Assembly (NCBI GenBank): GCA_017305515.1
Contig: JAFKKP010000301.1
Span: 349-64,348 of the forward strand
Direction of reading: 5' to 3'
Length of the DNA: 64,000 nt
Source of the DNA: Hyphomicrobiales bacterium
GTDB taxonomy: Bacteria > Pseudomonadota > Alphaproteobacteria > Rhizobiales > Xanthobacteraceae
In this document: positions 30,906-40,514 of the stretch, one piece after another
How positions within the stretch are numbered: position 1 is the stretch's first letter
How the letters are laid out: each line of letters starts with the position of its first letter
Made by a program: the position numbers and the translations under genes
Notes under the pieces: generated by a model
Database searches by the model: none
The model's input: only the letters and a program-made list of their open reading frames with translations
What the model was told of the DNA's origin: nothing

Positions 30906-32117
30906 TTAAAACGGCCAGAAGCGGCGCAGTTGCGGCCGGTCGTCAACCGGCGGCTTGGCGGGCGCGCGCTGGACGCGTGGCGGCGGCGCTTCGGATGGCG
31001 TGACCTCCGGCGCTATCCCCGGCTCCAGCGTCCGCGTTGCCAACAGCATGTTCGACTCGTTGGTGCGCCAGCGATAGCCGATCCCGAAATCGAGGGGGAT
31101 CGGCGTCACGTTACGAAACAGATCGGCCATCTGCGGCTGGTAGGTGCCGGGGAAAATTTCGATCGGGCCGAGATAACGACCGAGCGGCTGGAACTGCCAC
31201 GCTTTGCGATTGAAATAGCCCAGCGGAATTCCAGACTCGTCCTGCAGCAGCAGATCGCTTCTTGCGAGCAGAAAACTGCGGATGGTTTTGAAGTTTCCGC
31301 CGAGCATCAGATAGGACGCGCTCTTGACGAAGCTGTCGCCCCTGCCGAGCTTATCGCAGAACGCAAGGAAGCCGCCGACCTTCAACCCGCTGTCCGACAG
31401 ATCGGTGCTGAAGTAATACAGTGTCTGCTTGCGCCCATCCTTGCCGTCGGAGAACACGATTTTCACCGCCGGCGCGTTCGACTTCACGCTTGCATCGCTC
31501 GCCGGAAACTCAGCACCGTCGTTATCGACCTTGACGTAGCTGATGTCGTGAATGGTCTTGCCCGCGCGGACCAGAAACACCGCGATGATCGGCGTCGTTC
31601 CGAACACCGGGCCGTTGCGCAACTCGCTCTTCATGTCCTTGGTTCGGAAGAAGCTCAGCGTGAGAAGCGTCTTCATGGAGTACGCAAGATTTTCCAGCGA
31701 CCTGAAAAGCGTCAGATTGGACAGGCTGTTCAGCAGCGGAATGTTTCCCACCGGCTCCAGCCCCGCCATTACATACGTCGTCGCGCTCGGAAAGAACGAC
31801 ACCGCATGGAGCGAGTCAGGCCCCGCGAACATATAGAACATCGTGTCGTGGGTTTTCGTCAAGTTGGCCTTGGCAAATTCACGAATTTTGGACAGGTGCC
31901 GCTTTTCGGTCTGATCGAAAATGCCGTCCATGTAACGCGCGTGGCGCTGCCAGCTCGGATCCCTGGCGAGTGCCGCAAGCGGCGAATCCGACAAAGGCTG
32001 CATGCCGGCGAGAAAACGGGCGGTGTCATCGGGCGTCGCGACGTCGGCGGCGCGTGCAGGCAAGGATGAAAGCGCCAGCACGCATGCAAAGGCGGCGGCG
32101 AGCTTGAGTTTGAACAT
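30906..32117 (-). CDS. Secreted conserved hypothetical protein
   Basis: Signal peptide, YMFAGPD and KSASYL motifs, Pro-rich tail; co-oriented with the permease. Confidence 0.75.
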   Translation of the reverse strand: MFKLKLAAAFACVLALSSLPARAADVATPDDTARFLAGMQPLSDSPLAALARDPSWQRHARYMDGIFDQTEKRHLSKIREFAKANLTKTHDTMFYMFAGPDSLHAVSFFPSATTYVMAGLEPVGNIPLLNSLSNLTLFRSLENLAYSMKTLLTLSFFRTKDMKSELRNGPVFGTTPIIAVFLVRAGKTIHDISYVKVDNDGAEFPASDASVKSNAPAVKIVFSDGKDGRKQTLYYFSTDLSDSGLKVGGFLAFCDKLGRGDSFVKSASYLMLGGNFKTIRSFLLARSDLLLQDESGIPLGYFNRKAWQFQPLGRYLGPIEIFPGTYQPQMADLFRNVTPIPLDFGIGYRWRTNESNMLLATRTLEPGIAPEVTPSEAPPPRVQRAPAKPPVDDRPQLRRFWPF

Positions 32118-32134
32118 TGCTGGTGATCGCTGTG

Positions 32135-33481
32135 TCAGGAAATGCGGGATGAGTCAGATGATGGCGCGTTGGAAAACAGGTGAGACATAGCATAAATCGC
32201 AAGGCCCGCGAGCATAATGCCAAGGCCCGCGAGCGATTGCAGCGGCCGGTTTGTAATCAGGTAGTACATCATGAAAAGCATCACGGTCAGGAAAATCAGC
32301 GGCGTAACCGGATAGCCCCAGGCCCGGTAGGGACGGGGAATTGCGGGCTTTCTGATGCGCAGAACGATGACGCCCAATACCGTCATGAACGACGACAGCG
32401 TCAAGCTGAACTGGATGAAATCCAGCACCGCCTCGAAGCTCTGACTGAGCAACAGGACGGTTGCGACGGTCAGCTGGAGCAGAATGGCGCGCGCCGGCAC
32501 TTCTGTTTTAGATTTCTGCGCGAAGAAGCGCAGCAGCGGCATGTCCTCGCCCATCGTCATGGTGACGCGTGGTCCGATCCACACCATCGCGCTGACCGAT
32601 GAAATCAGGCCGAGGCAAATCAGTCCGGCAACGATGCGCCCGCCGAATTCGCCGAAGATCGACGTGCCCGCGACCATCGCCACATCGAGCTGACCCGAAA
32701 GCGCCGAAATCGGCGTCGTGAACAGAAACACCGCGTTGAGCATAACGTAGAGCACGATGACGATCAGCGTACCGAAGAACAGTGCGCGCGGCAGAACATG
32801 ATCGGGATCGCGCAATTCGCCGATGATGTAGGTCGCGGCGTTCCAACCCGAATAGGAATACATCACGAACACCAGACTGATGAAAAACGGCGCGCTGACG
32901 ATGTGCGTGAAATCGACGGTGCCCGGCACGAAGGAAACCGGTTGCGATTTTCCAAGAGCGAACCCTGCAAAAATGAATACGACAATCATTCCGATTTTCA
33001 GCGCGGTCCACAGATTCTGGAACAGGCTGATGTGATGAATGCCTCGCAGGTGAACGAGCGACACGGCGCAAATGAGGATCAATCCGGATAGCAGCGGCGG
33101 GATGCTCGGCGCGATGGATTTGAAATAGACGCCGAACGCCATCGCCGCCAACGCAATCGGCGCAGCAAAACCGACGGTCCCAGACAGCCAGCCGGCAAGA
33201 AAGCCAAGGGCTGGATGATACGCCCGCCGCAGAAAATTATATTCGCCGCTGGAGCGCGGAAACATCGAGGCGAGTTCGGCGTAGGAAATCGCGCCGCACA
33301 TCGCAACGACACCGCCGACGATCCACAGCAGCAGAATCGAAAAGCCGGACGTGATGTCCTTGACCTGAAAGCCGAGGCTGGTGAAAACGCCGACGCCCAC
33401 CATATCCGCAACGACGATTGCGGTCGCAGTCACGAGCGAGACTTTCGCTGCGGACGCGCCGCCGGACGCAGGATTGGACAT
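32135..33481 (-). CDS. APC family amino acid permease
   Basis: VADMVGVGVF, YAELASMFPRSSGEY, YSYSGWNAA, RPYRAWGYP. Confidence 0.9.
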   Translation of the reverse strand: MSNPASGGASAAKVSLVTATAIVVADMVGVGVFTSLGFQVKDITSGFSILLLWIVGGVVAMCGAISYAELASMFPRSSGEYNFLRRAYHPALGFLAGWLSGTVGFAAPIALAAMAFGVYFKSIAPSIPPLLSGLILICAVSLVHLRGIHHISLFQNLWTALKIGMIVVFIFAGFALGKSQPVSFVPGTVDFTHIVSAPFFISLVFVMYSYSGWNAATYIIGELRDPDHVLPRALFFGTLIVIVLYVMLNAVFLFTTPISALSGQLDVAMVAGTSIFGEFGGRIVAGLICLGLISSVSAMVWIGPRVTMTMGEDMPLLRFFAQKSKTEVPARAILLQLTVATVLLLSQSFEAVLDFIQFSLTLSSFMTVLGVIVLRIRKPAIPRPYRAWGYPVTPLIFLTVMLFMMYYLITNRPLQSLAGLGIMLAGLAIYAMSHLFSNAPSSDSSRIS

Positions 33482-33675
33482 CAAGGAATTTTCCCGCCTG
33501 ACACAGGCAATATGAGAACAATCGTGTTGGAAATTGGCCGGATTCGTAGAACTTTCAACGGATAATCGCTGGATGTCCGCAAATTTGTGGCGCGGCCATT
33601 TGTAACGCGAAAAACCTGCTACAAGCCTGCCCATCCCGATTCAAGTACAACTAAGTTTAGAGAGACACGACGCCC

Positions 33676-34020
33676 ATGGGGTTCAAAGAACCGAGCTTCC
33701 TCGACCGGCAGGCTGCCGCACAGAATTCCCGCAAGAGCATTCTGGAGAAATTCAAGGCCAAGCCTGCCGCAGACGATCCGGCGGCGCTCAAACGCGCGGC
33801 TGAACGGCAGGCGCAACAGGAAGCGCATGCCAAGGCGCAAAAGCTGAAAGACGCGGAAAAAGCGGCGAAGAAAGCGCGCGAGGCCGAACTTGCGGCGCAG
33901 GCGGCAGCGGAAGCGTTACGCGCCGAGAAGGAAAAGCAGGCTGCCGCAGCGGCGCTGAAGGCCGAACAGAAAGCGGCACGCGATGCCCGCTATGCCGCGC
34001 GGAAAGCGAAGAAGAAGTAA
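33676..34020 (+). CDS. Lys/Ala-rich small protein (DUF6481-like)
   Basis: GFKEPSFLDRQ..LEKFKAKP and C-terminal KAARDARYAARKA. Confidence 0.8.
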   Translation: MGFKEPSFLDRQAAAQNSRKSILEKFKAKPAADDPAALKRAAERQAQQEAHAKAQKLKDAEKAAKKAREAELAAQAAAEALRAEKEKQAAAAALKAEQKAARDARYAARKAKKK

Positions 34021-34072
34021 CAGCGTCGAGTCGGGCCTGCGACCGAAGGCGCAAGCCCGCCCGAAGACGAAA

Positions 34073-34300
34073 TTACTTCTTCATCTCGTCTTTCTTCATC
34101 GTGTCCTTCGACATCGAATCCTTGGACATTGAGTCCTTTTTCATTCCATCGTCTTTTTTCATCGAGTCCTTCGACATGGTGTCCTTGGACATCGAATCCT
34201 TGGTCATCTTGTCCTGGGCGAAGGCCACAGGAGTGAACGCCAGGCCGGTCGCGATGATTGCCGCCGAAGTGCCGAGTGCGATGCGGTTGATGAGTGTCAT
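34073..34300 (-). CDS. Pentapeptide MXKDX repeat, methionine-rich periplasmic protein
   Basis: Signal peptide, then MTKDS MSKDT MSKDS MKKDD repeats. Confidence 0.9.
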   Translation of the reverse strand: MTLINRIALGTSAAIIATGLAFTPVAFAQDKMTKDSMSKDTMSKDSMKKDDGMKKDSMSKDSMSKDTMKKDEMKK

Positions 34301-34349
34301 CTAAGAAGTCCTCTGAATTGAGTTCGGGCGAATAGCCGCCTTCGAGGTC

Positions 34350-34374
34350 TACGGAACGGCACGGTGGTTGTTAC
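34350..34374 (-). promoter_or_regulatory. ECF (SigF/EcfF-type) promoter GTAAC-N16-CGTA
   Basis: Minus strand GTAAC-AACCACCGTGCCGTTC-CGTA ending 50 bp before the MXKDX ATG. Confidence 0.55.
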
Positions 34375-34539
34375 GATGTTGTCGAACGACTTTTTCGTGA
34401 TGTGACGTCGGCGGCTGGAATTTCTGCGGCTTGCCGGTTTTTGCGTCATTGCGGATCGTCTTCACCGGTAATCCGCGCCATTCCGCCACGGCATGTGCGG
34501 TGCAGCAAAGATGGCGCTAGTGAAGGGGGTCGTGCACAA

Positions 34540-34554
34540 TGGCGCATCATTTGC
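34540..34554 (+). promoter_or_regulatory. Sigma-54 promoter of the TRAP operon
   Basis: TGGCGC-ATCAT-TTGC about 100 bp upstream of dctP. Confidence 0.6.
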
Positions 34555-34657
34555 GCGCTCATACCAAAAGGCTATATCGACGCGACATGCGCCCTGCAAA
34601 AATGCAGAAATCAAAAAAAGAAAAGCCAAAAATAGAAACGCTCACGGGAGAAATGCC

Positions 34658-35671
34658 ATGCTTACACGACGACACGTTCTTGCTTCCGCCATCGCGGCAC
34701 CGGCCATTCTGAAATTCAGCGATGTACATGCGGCGACCACGCTGAAGATTTCGCACCAGTTTCCGGGCGGCACGATCGACAAGGGCGACTTCCGCGACCG
34801 CCTCTCGCGCATGTTCGCGCAGGAAGTCAACAAGCGCAGCAAGGGCGACATCGTCGCCGAAGTCTATCCGGGCTCGTCGCTGATGAAGACCAACGCGCAG
34901 TTTGCGGCGATGCGCAAGGGCGCACTCGACATCAGCCTCTATCCGCTGCCCTACGCCGGCGGCGAATTGCCCGAAACCAATATCGGCCTGATGCCCGGCC
35001 TTGTGTCGAGCTACGATCAGGGTCTTGCGTGGAAGAACAAGCCCATCGGCAAGGCGCTGACGGATTTTCTCGCCGACAAGGGCATCATCGTTCTGACCTG
35101 GGTGTGGCAGGCCGGCGGCGTCGCCAGCCGCGCACGTCCCCTCGTGTCGCCGGACGATGCCAAGGGCATGAAGGTGCGCGGCGGCTCGCGCGAAATGGAC
35201 ATGGTGCTGCAAACCGCAGGAGCAGCCGTTCTTTCCGTGCCGTCGAACGAAATCTACGCGGCGATGCAGACCGGCGCATGCGATGCCGGCATCACGTCGT
35301 CGACCAGCCTGATCTCGTTCCGTCTGGAAGAAGTCTCCAAGCACCTCACTTCGGGCGCAGGCCAGTCCTACTGGTTCATGCTTGAGCCGCTTCTGATGTC
35401 GAAGTCGATCTTCGATGCCCTGCCGAAGAACCATCAGGACATCCTTATGTCCGTCGGCACCGAACTCGAAGCCTTCGGCCGCAAGGGCGCTCAGGACGAC
35501 GACGTCGAAGTGGTCAAGGTCTACGAGAAGGCCGGCGCAAAAGTGAGTGCGCTCGATGCGGCCACTGTCGGCAAGTGGCGTGACATCGCACGCGACACCG
35601 CGTGGAAGGACTACACCGCCAAGACCGCAACATCCGCGCAACTGATGAAGCTGGCTGCCGACGCCGCATGA
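34658..35671 (+). CDS. dctP: TRAP transporter substrate-binding protein (Tat signal)
   Basis: MLTRRHVL twin-arginine leader, KGMKVRG, EIYAAMQTG..DA. Confidence 0.9.
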   Translation: MLTRRHVLASAIAAPAILKFSDVHAATTLKISHQFPGGTIDKGDFRDRLSRMFAQEVNKRSKGDIVAEVYPGSSLMKTNAQFAAMRKGALDISLYPLPYAGGELPETNIGLMPGLVSSYDQGLAWKNKPIGKALTDFLADKGIIVLTWVWQAGGVASRARPLVSPDDAKGMKVRGGSREMDMVLQTAGAAVLSVPSNEIYAAMQTGACDAGITSSTSLISFRLEEVSKHLTSGAGQSYWFMLEPLLMSKSIFDALPKNHQDILMSVGTELEAFGRKGAQDDDVEVVKVYEKAGAKVSALDAATVGKWRDIARDTAWKDYTAKTATSAQLMKLAADAA

Positions 35672-36222
35672 CGCACGGCCTGGTCGAAGATCGGCCGCCG
35701 ACGACTGCTGCCGTCCCGAGCAATGCGCTCGTGGCGGCAGCCGCTCGTGCATTGGCAGCCATCAACTACGTCATCGTCATCCTCGCGGCCATCGCGCTGA
35801 TTTTTGCTTGCGTGGTCCTGACCTATAGCGTGCTGACGCGGAGTATTTTTCATTCGGCTACTTACTGGCAGGACGAGGCGGCCGTCTTCCTGATCGTCGG
35901 CGCGACGTTCATGACGGCAGCAGCCGTGCAAAGCACGCGCGGGCATATTGGCATTGAAGCCTTCGTCGGAATTCTTTCGCCGTTGGCCAATCGAATTCGG
36001 CTCACTCTCGTTGATGTCGCGAGCTTTGCGTTCTGCGCATTTTTTTCGTGGAAATCCTGGACTCTCGCCCATGAGGCGTGGGTCGACGGCACCGTCTCGA
36101 ACTCGACATGGGGCCCGCCACTCGTGATCCCCTACTTTCTGATGTCGATTGGAATGACGCTGCTCTGCGTCCAGATTCTTTTGCAGATCGTTGCGTCGCT
36201 CGGTAGGACCAAAAATTCATGA
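35668..36222 (+). CDS. dctQ: TRAP transporter small permease
   Basis: Four TM helices, WQDE, RGHIGIE; ATGA overlap with dctP. Confidence 0.88.
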   Translation: MTHGLVEDRPPTTAAVPSNALVAAAARALAAINYVIVILAAIALIFACVVLTYSVLTRSIFHSATYWQDEAAVFLIVGATFMTAAAVQSTRGHIGIEAFVGILSPLANRIRLTLVDVASFAFCAFFSWKSWTLAHEAWVDGTVSNSTWGPPLVIPYFLMSIGMTLLCVQILLQIVASLGRTKNS

Positions 36223-37574
36223 GCGTTCTTGGAATTGGAATCAGCTACGGCGTCGCGACGCTGGTGGCGATGTTCTCAGGCATGCCGATTGCGTTCGCGC
36301 TCGGCGCGGTCGCCGTCATCTTCATGGCGATCTATATGCCCTCCGCCTCGCTCGATACCGTGACGCAAAATGTTTACGAGGAAATGGCGTCGATCACACT
36401 GCTGTCGATTCCGCTTTTCATCCTCAAAGGCGCTGCCATCGGCAAATCGAAGGCCGGACAGGATCTCTACACGGCGCTGCATGCGTGGCTGCATAAAATT
36501 CCCGGCGGACTTGGCATCGCCAACGTATTCGCCTGCGCGCTGTTCGCCGCGATGGCAGGCTCATCGCCCGCGACATGCTCGGCGATCGGCTCGGCCGGCA
36601 TCCCCGAAATGCGCAAGCGCGGCTATTCCGGCGGTTTCGCGGCCGGCATCATCGCTGCCGGCGGCACGCTCGGCATTCTGCTGCCGCCGTCGATCACCAT
36701 GATCCTGTTCGCGGTCGCAGCCGAACAGTCGCTCGGACGGCTGTTTCTGGCCGGCATCGGGCCCGGATTTCTCCTGGTCGCGCTGTTCGCGATCTATGCC
36801 GTGATCCGCTACCGGCAGGAATATGCACGCGCGAAAGCGGCGTATGAGGCGACCGGGCAGAATTCCGAAATTCTCAAGCGCGACGAATACACGATGTCGG
36901 AACGCTTCAGCGTTCTGCCGCGCGTCTTGCCATTTGTCATCCTCCTGACCGGCGTCATGGTCGCGCTCTACGGAGGCTACGCTACGCCGTCGGAAACAGC
37001 CGGATTGGGTGGTCTTCTCGCGCTCGTCCTGATCGCGGTTATCTACAGCGTCTGGAAGCCGAGCGATCTTGCGCCGATCCTCACCTCCACCATCCGTGAA
37101 TCCACCATGCTGATGCTCATCATCGGCATGTCGCTGCTCTACTCTTACGTGATGAGCTATCTGACGATCTCGCAGTCGGCAGCGAATGCCATCGTCGCCA
37201 TGCAGTTGCCGAAATGGGAGTTACTCGCAGCCATCCTGTTCATGACTGTTGTGCTCGGCTTCTTTCTGCCGCCAGTGTCGATCATTCTGATGACCGCGCC
37301 AATCATCCTGCCCCCGCTGCGTGCGGCAGGCTTTGACATCATCTGGTTCGGCGTCGTGATGACCATCGTGATGGAGATGGGGCTAATTCATCCGCCCGTC
37401 GGACTGAACATCTTCGTCATCCGCAATGTGGCACCCGATATTCCACTCAGTGAGGTGATCTGGGGCACGCTGCCGTTCGTGTTGCTGATGATGCTGGCGG
37501 TGCTGTTGCTGTGCTTATTCCCCGGCATCTCGACCTATCTGCCCGATCTCGTGATGGGCCCGGCCTCGCGCTGA
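36219..37574 (+). CDS. dctM: TRAP transporter large permease
   Basis: GMPIAFALG, AGSSPAT, GGTLGILLPPS, IHPPVGLN. Confidence 0.92.
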   Translation: MSVLGIGISYGVATLVAMFSGMPIAFALGAVAVIFMAIYMPSASLDTVTQNVYEEMASITLLSIPLFILKGAAIGKSKAGQDLYTALHAWLHKIPGGLGIANVFACALFAAMAGSSPATCSAIGSAGIPEMRKRGYSGGFAAGIIAAGGTLGILLPPSITMILFAVAAEQSLGRLFLAGIGPGFLLVALFAIYAVIRYRQEYARAKAAYEATGQNSEILKRDEYTMSERFSVLPRVLPFVILLTGVMVALYGGYATPSETAGLGGLLALVLIAVIYSVWKPSDLAPILTSTIRESTMLMLIIGMSLLYSYVMSYLTISQSAANAIVAMQLPKWELLAAILFMTVVLGFFLPPVSIILMTAPIILPPLRAAGFDIIWFGVVMTIVMEMGLIHPPVGLNIFVIRNVAPDIPLSEVIWGTLPFVLLMMLAVLLLCLFPGISTYLPDLVMGPASR

Positions 37575-37577
37575 CGC

Positions 37578-38483
37578 CTAGCGCCGTCCAGCGTTAATTG
37601 CCGACGCAACGCGGCTGACCGGCGGCTTGCCGAGCACGCGCGCGATGTCGTTCGTCGCTACGACGAGCTTGTTCATATCTACGCCCGTTGAAATGCCCAT
37701 GCCCTCGAGCATGTAGACGACATCCTCCGTCGCAACATTTCCGGTCGCGCCCGGCGCATAGGGACACCCACCAAGACCGCCAGCCGCGGAATCGATGACG
37801 CGCGCGCCCTCCTCCAGCCCCGCGTAAAGATTGGCCAGCGCCTGACCGTAGGTGTCGTGAAAATGCATGCCGAGATTCTTTATCGGCACGTCCGCTACGA
37901 CGGCGCGCAGCAATTGCCGCGCCTTCACCGGCGTACCGACCCCGATGGTGTCGCCGAGCGAGACTTCGTAGCAACCGAGATCCCACAGTTTTTTCGCAAC
38001 AGCTGCGACTGCGGCCGGCTTCACCTCGCCGTCGTAAGGACAACCGAGCACGCATGACACATAGCCGCGGACCTTGATGCCGTCGGCCCTGGCGTGCTGG
38101 ACGACGGGCGTGAAACGCTCAATCGATTCCGCAACGGTGCAGTTGATGTTGGCTTTCGAGAAACCTTCGGAAGCGGACGCGAACACCGCAATCACTTTTG
38201 CGCCTGCTGCCTTTGCAGCCTCGTATCCCTTCTCGTTCGGAACGAGGACATGAAATTCGCAATCGGGATGATGATCGACGGCGCGCAGCACCTGATCGGA
38301 ATTGGTCATCTGCGGAATGGCTTTCGGCGACACAAAACTGCCGACTTCAACCGTATGCAATCCTGCACCCACAAGATTTTCGATGAACGCAACCCGCGCC
38401 TCGACGCTCACCGGAATCTTCTCGTTCTGAAGTCCGTCGCGCGGGCCGACCTCCACGATGCGAACCTGATCGCTCATCGCCAT
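37578..38483 (-). CDS. hmgL: Hydroxymethylglutaryl-CoA lyase
   Basis: EVGPRDGLQNE, HFHDTYGQA, GGCPYAPGATGN. Confidence 0.94.
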   Translation of the reverse strand: MAMSDQVRIVEVGPRDGLQNEKIPVSVEARVAFIENLVGAGLHTVEVGSFVSPKAIPQMTNSDQVLRAVDHHPDCEFHVLVPNEKGYEAAKAAGAKVIAVFASASEGFSKANINCTVAESIERFTPVVQHARADGIKVRGYVSCVLGCPYDGEVKPAAVAAVAKKLWDLGCYEVSLGDTIGVGTPVKARQLLRAVVADVPIKNLGMHFHDTYGQALANLYAGLEEGARVIDSAAGGLGGCPYAPGATGNVATEDVVYMLEGMGISTGVDMNKLVVATNDIARVLGKPPVSRVASAINAGRR

Positions 38484-38484
38484 C

Positions 38485-40512
38485 TCACGTTTTCGCAGGC
38501 TCGATTTCAGCGAGTTCGACGCCTTCCTGAACGATGTCGCCGACCTTGCACTTCAGACTCTTCACCACGCCCGCAAACGGCGCGCGCAGTGTCTGCTCCA
38601 TCTTCATCACTTCCAGCGTCAGGATCGGCGCGCCCTTATCCACTTTCGCACCGGCTTCGACCAGCAATGCAACGACGGTTCCCGGCAGCGGCGCGACAAC
38701 GCGATCGCCGCCTGTCTGTTCTTCGTCCTCGGTCCCGAACGGATCGACCCAATGAACCTCGAAACGTCCATTCTGTGTACGGACATAAACTTCGTGGCCG
38801 TCCAGCAAACCGGTGACGTGATGGTTCACGCCGTCGAGCACAAGATCGATACCGCCGCGCGGCGACGTCGCGCTCGCAAACGGAATCCGTTTGCCGTCAA
38901 GTAGAAGGACCGACGGACGCCTGCCGTAAAGCAGCGTTACGGATTGCTCGCCTGCGCCGCCGCGGAAGACAAATTTCCGCTGACGCGATCCGACAGCTGT
39001 CCAGCCCGACGAGCGCCACGGCGAATGTGCGTCAGTTGCTGCGGCTTCGCTCTCCGACTGCAAAATCGCTGCGACAGCAGCACCGAGTTCGAGCGCGGTC
39101 AAAGCCGGCTGCTCCGGCGTCAGTTTCGCCAGTTCGCGCTCGATGAAACCCGTGTCGATTGCGTTCACCCGCACATCGGGATGCGTGATGAGCGCGGTCA
39201 GAAACGGAATGTTGGTGACAACGCCGCGAATATCGGTCTCGTTGAGACCGCGCGCCAATCGCGAGATTGCGAGGTCGCGCGTCGGCGCCCATGCAATGAC
39301 TTTCGCCAACATGGCGTCGTAGTTCGGCGACACGCTGCCGCCATCGCCGTAGCCTGCATCGATACGCAAGCCATCGACAGCTTCCGGCGTTCGCCATGTC
39401 CGCAGCCTGCCGACCGACGGCATGAAATTCTTGTTCGGGTTTTCAGCGTAGAGGCGCGCTTCCATCGCGTGACCGTTGAGCTTGATCTGGTCCTGCTCGA
39501 GCGGCAGCTTTTCGCCGAAGGCCACGCGCAATTGCCATTCGACGAGATCGACGCCGGCGATCAGTTCGGTCACAGGATGCTCGACCTGAAGGCGCGTGTT
39601 CATTTCGATGAAGAAGAAATCCTTGCCGTTCGAGACGAACTCGATGGTGCCCGCGCCGACATAGTTCACCGCACCTGCAGCCTTGCGCGCGGCTTCGCAC
39701 ACCGCTTCGCGCTGCTTGGCATCGAGCGTCGGCGATGGCGCTTCCTCGATCACCTTCTGATGGCGTCTTTGCAGCGTGCATTCGCGCTCAAACAGCGATA
39801 CGAGATTGCCGTGGCTGTCGCCGACGATCTGCACTTCGATGTGGCGCGGGTTATCGACATATTTCTCGATCAGCATGCGATCGTCGCCGAAAGCCGCGAG
39901 CGCCTCACGCTTTGCGCTGACGACTGCCGCGGCCAATTCGCCGGCTGAGCGAACCACGCGCATGCCGCGCCCGCCGCCGCCCGCCGATGCTTTGACGAGC
40001 ACCGGGAAACCCGCCTTCTCGGCCGCCTTCGAGAGTGTGGCGTCGTCCTGCGCTTCGCCGTGATAGCCGGGCACCAGCGGCACGCCTGCTTTCTCCATCA
40101 AAAGCTTCGAGCCGGATTTGGAGCCCATCGCTTCCATCATCTCGGCGGTCGGGCCGACGAACACGATCCCCGCTTCCGCGCAGCGCCGCGCGAAATCCGC
40201 ATTTTCAGATAGAAAGCCGTAGCCGGGATGCACAGCCTCTGCGCCGGTTTTCTGCGCCGCTTCGAGGATGCGATCGATGTTCAGATAGCTGTCGCGCGCG
40301 CGCGCCGGTCCGAGCAGCACGGCGGAATCCGCCATCCCGACATGCAGTGCGTCGCGATCCGCTTCCGAATAGCCGGCAACTGTGCGCAATCCCATCGCAC
40401 GCGCCGTGCGAATGACTCGGCATGCGATTTCGCCGCGATTGGCGATCAGCAATGTGTTGAAGCGGCGGTAGAGTAGCTTGGCCGCGCCTGATGCCTTTGA
40501 CGAGTTTTTCAT
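38485..40512 (-). CDS. mccA: 3-methylcrotonyl-CoA carboxylase alpha (biotin carboxylase and carrier)
   Basis: LIANRGEIAC, HPGYGFLSEN, GGGGRGM, EMNTRLQVEH, biotin site EVMKM; start set at MKNSS. Confidence 0.9.
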   Translation of the reverse strand: MKNSSKASGAAKLLYRRFNTLLIANRGEIACRVIRTARAMGLRTVAGYSEADRDALHVGMADSAVLLGPARARDSYLNIDRILEAAQKTGAEAVHPGYGFLSENADFARRCAEAGIVFVGPTAEMMEAMGSKSGSKLLMEKAGVPLVPGYHGEAQDDATLSKAAEKAGFPVLVKASAGGGGRGMRVVRSAGELAAAVVSAKREALAAFGDDRMLIEKYVDNPRHIEVQIVGDSHGNLVSLFERECTLQRRHQKVIEEAPSPTLDAKQREAVCEAARKAAGAVNYVGAGTIEFVSNGKDFFFIEMNTRLQVEHPVTELIAGVDLVEWQLRVAFGEKLPLEQDQIKLNGHAMEARLYAENPNKNFMPSVGRLRTWRTPEAVDGLRIDAGYGDGGSVSPNYDAMLAKVIAWAPTRDLAISRLARGLNETDIRGVVTNIPFLTALITHPDVRVNAIDTGFIERELAKLTPEQPALTALELGAAVAAILQSESEAAATDAHSPWRSSGWTAVGSRQRKFVFRGGAGEQSVTLLYGRRPSVLLLDGKRIPFASATSPRGGIDLVLDGVNHHVTGLLDGHEVYVRTQNGRFEVHWVDPFGTEDEEQTGGDRVVAPLPGTVVALLVEAGAKVDKGAPILTLEVMKMEQTLRAPFAGVVKSLKCKVGDIVQEGVELAEIEPAKT

Positions 40513-40514
40513 CG

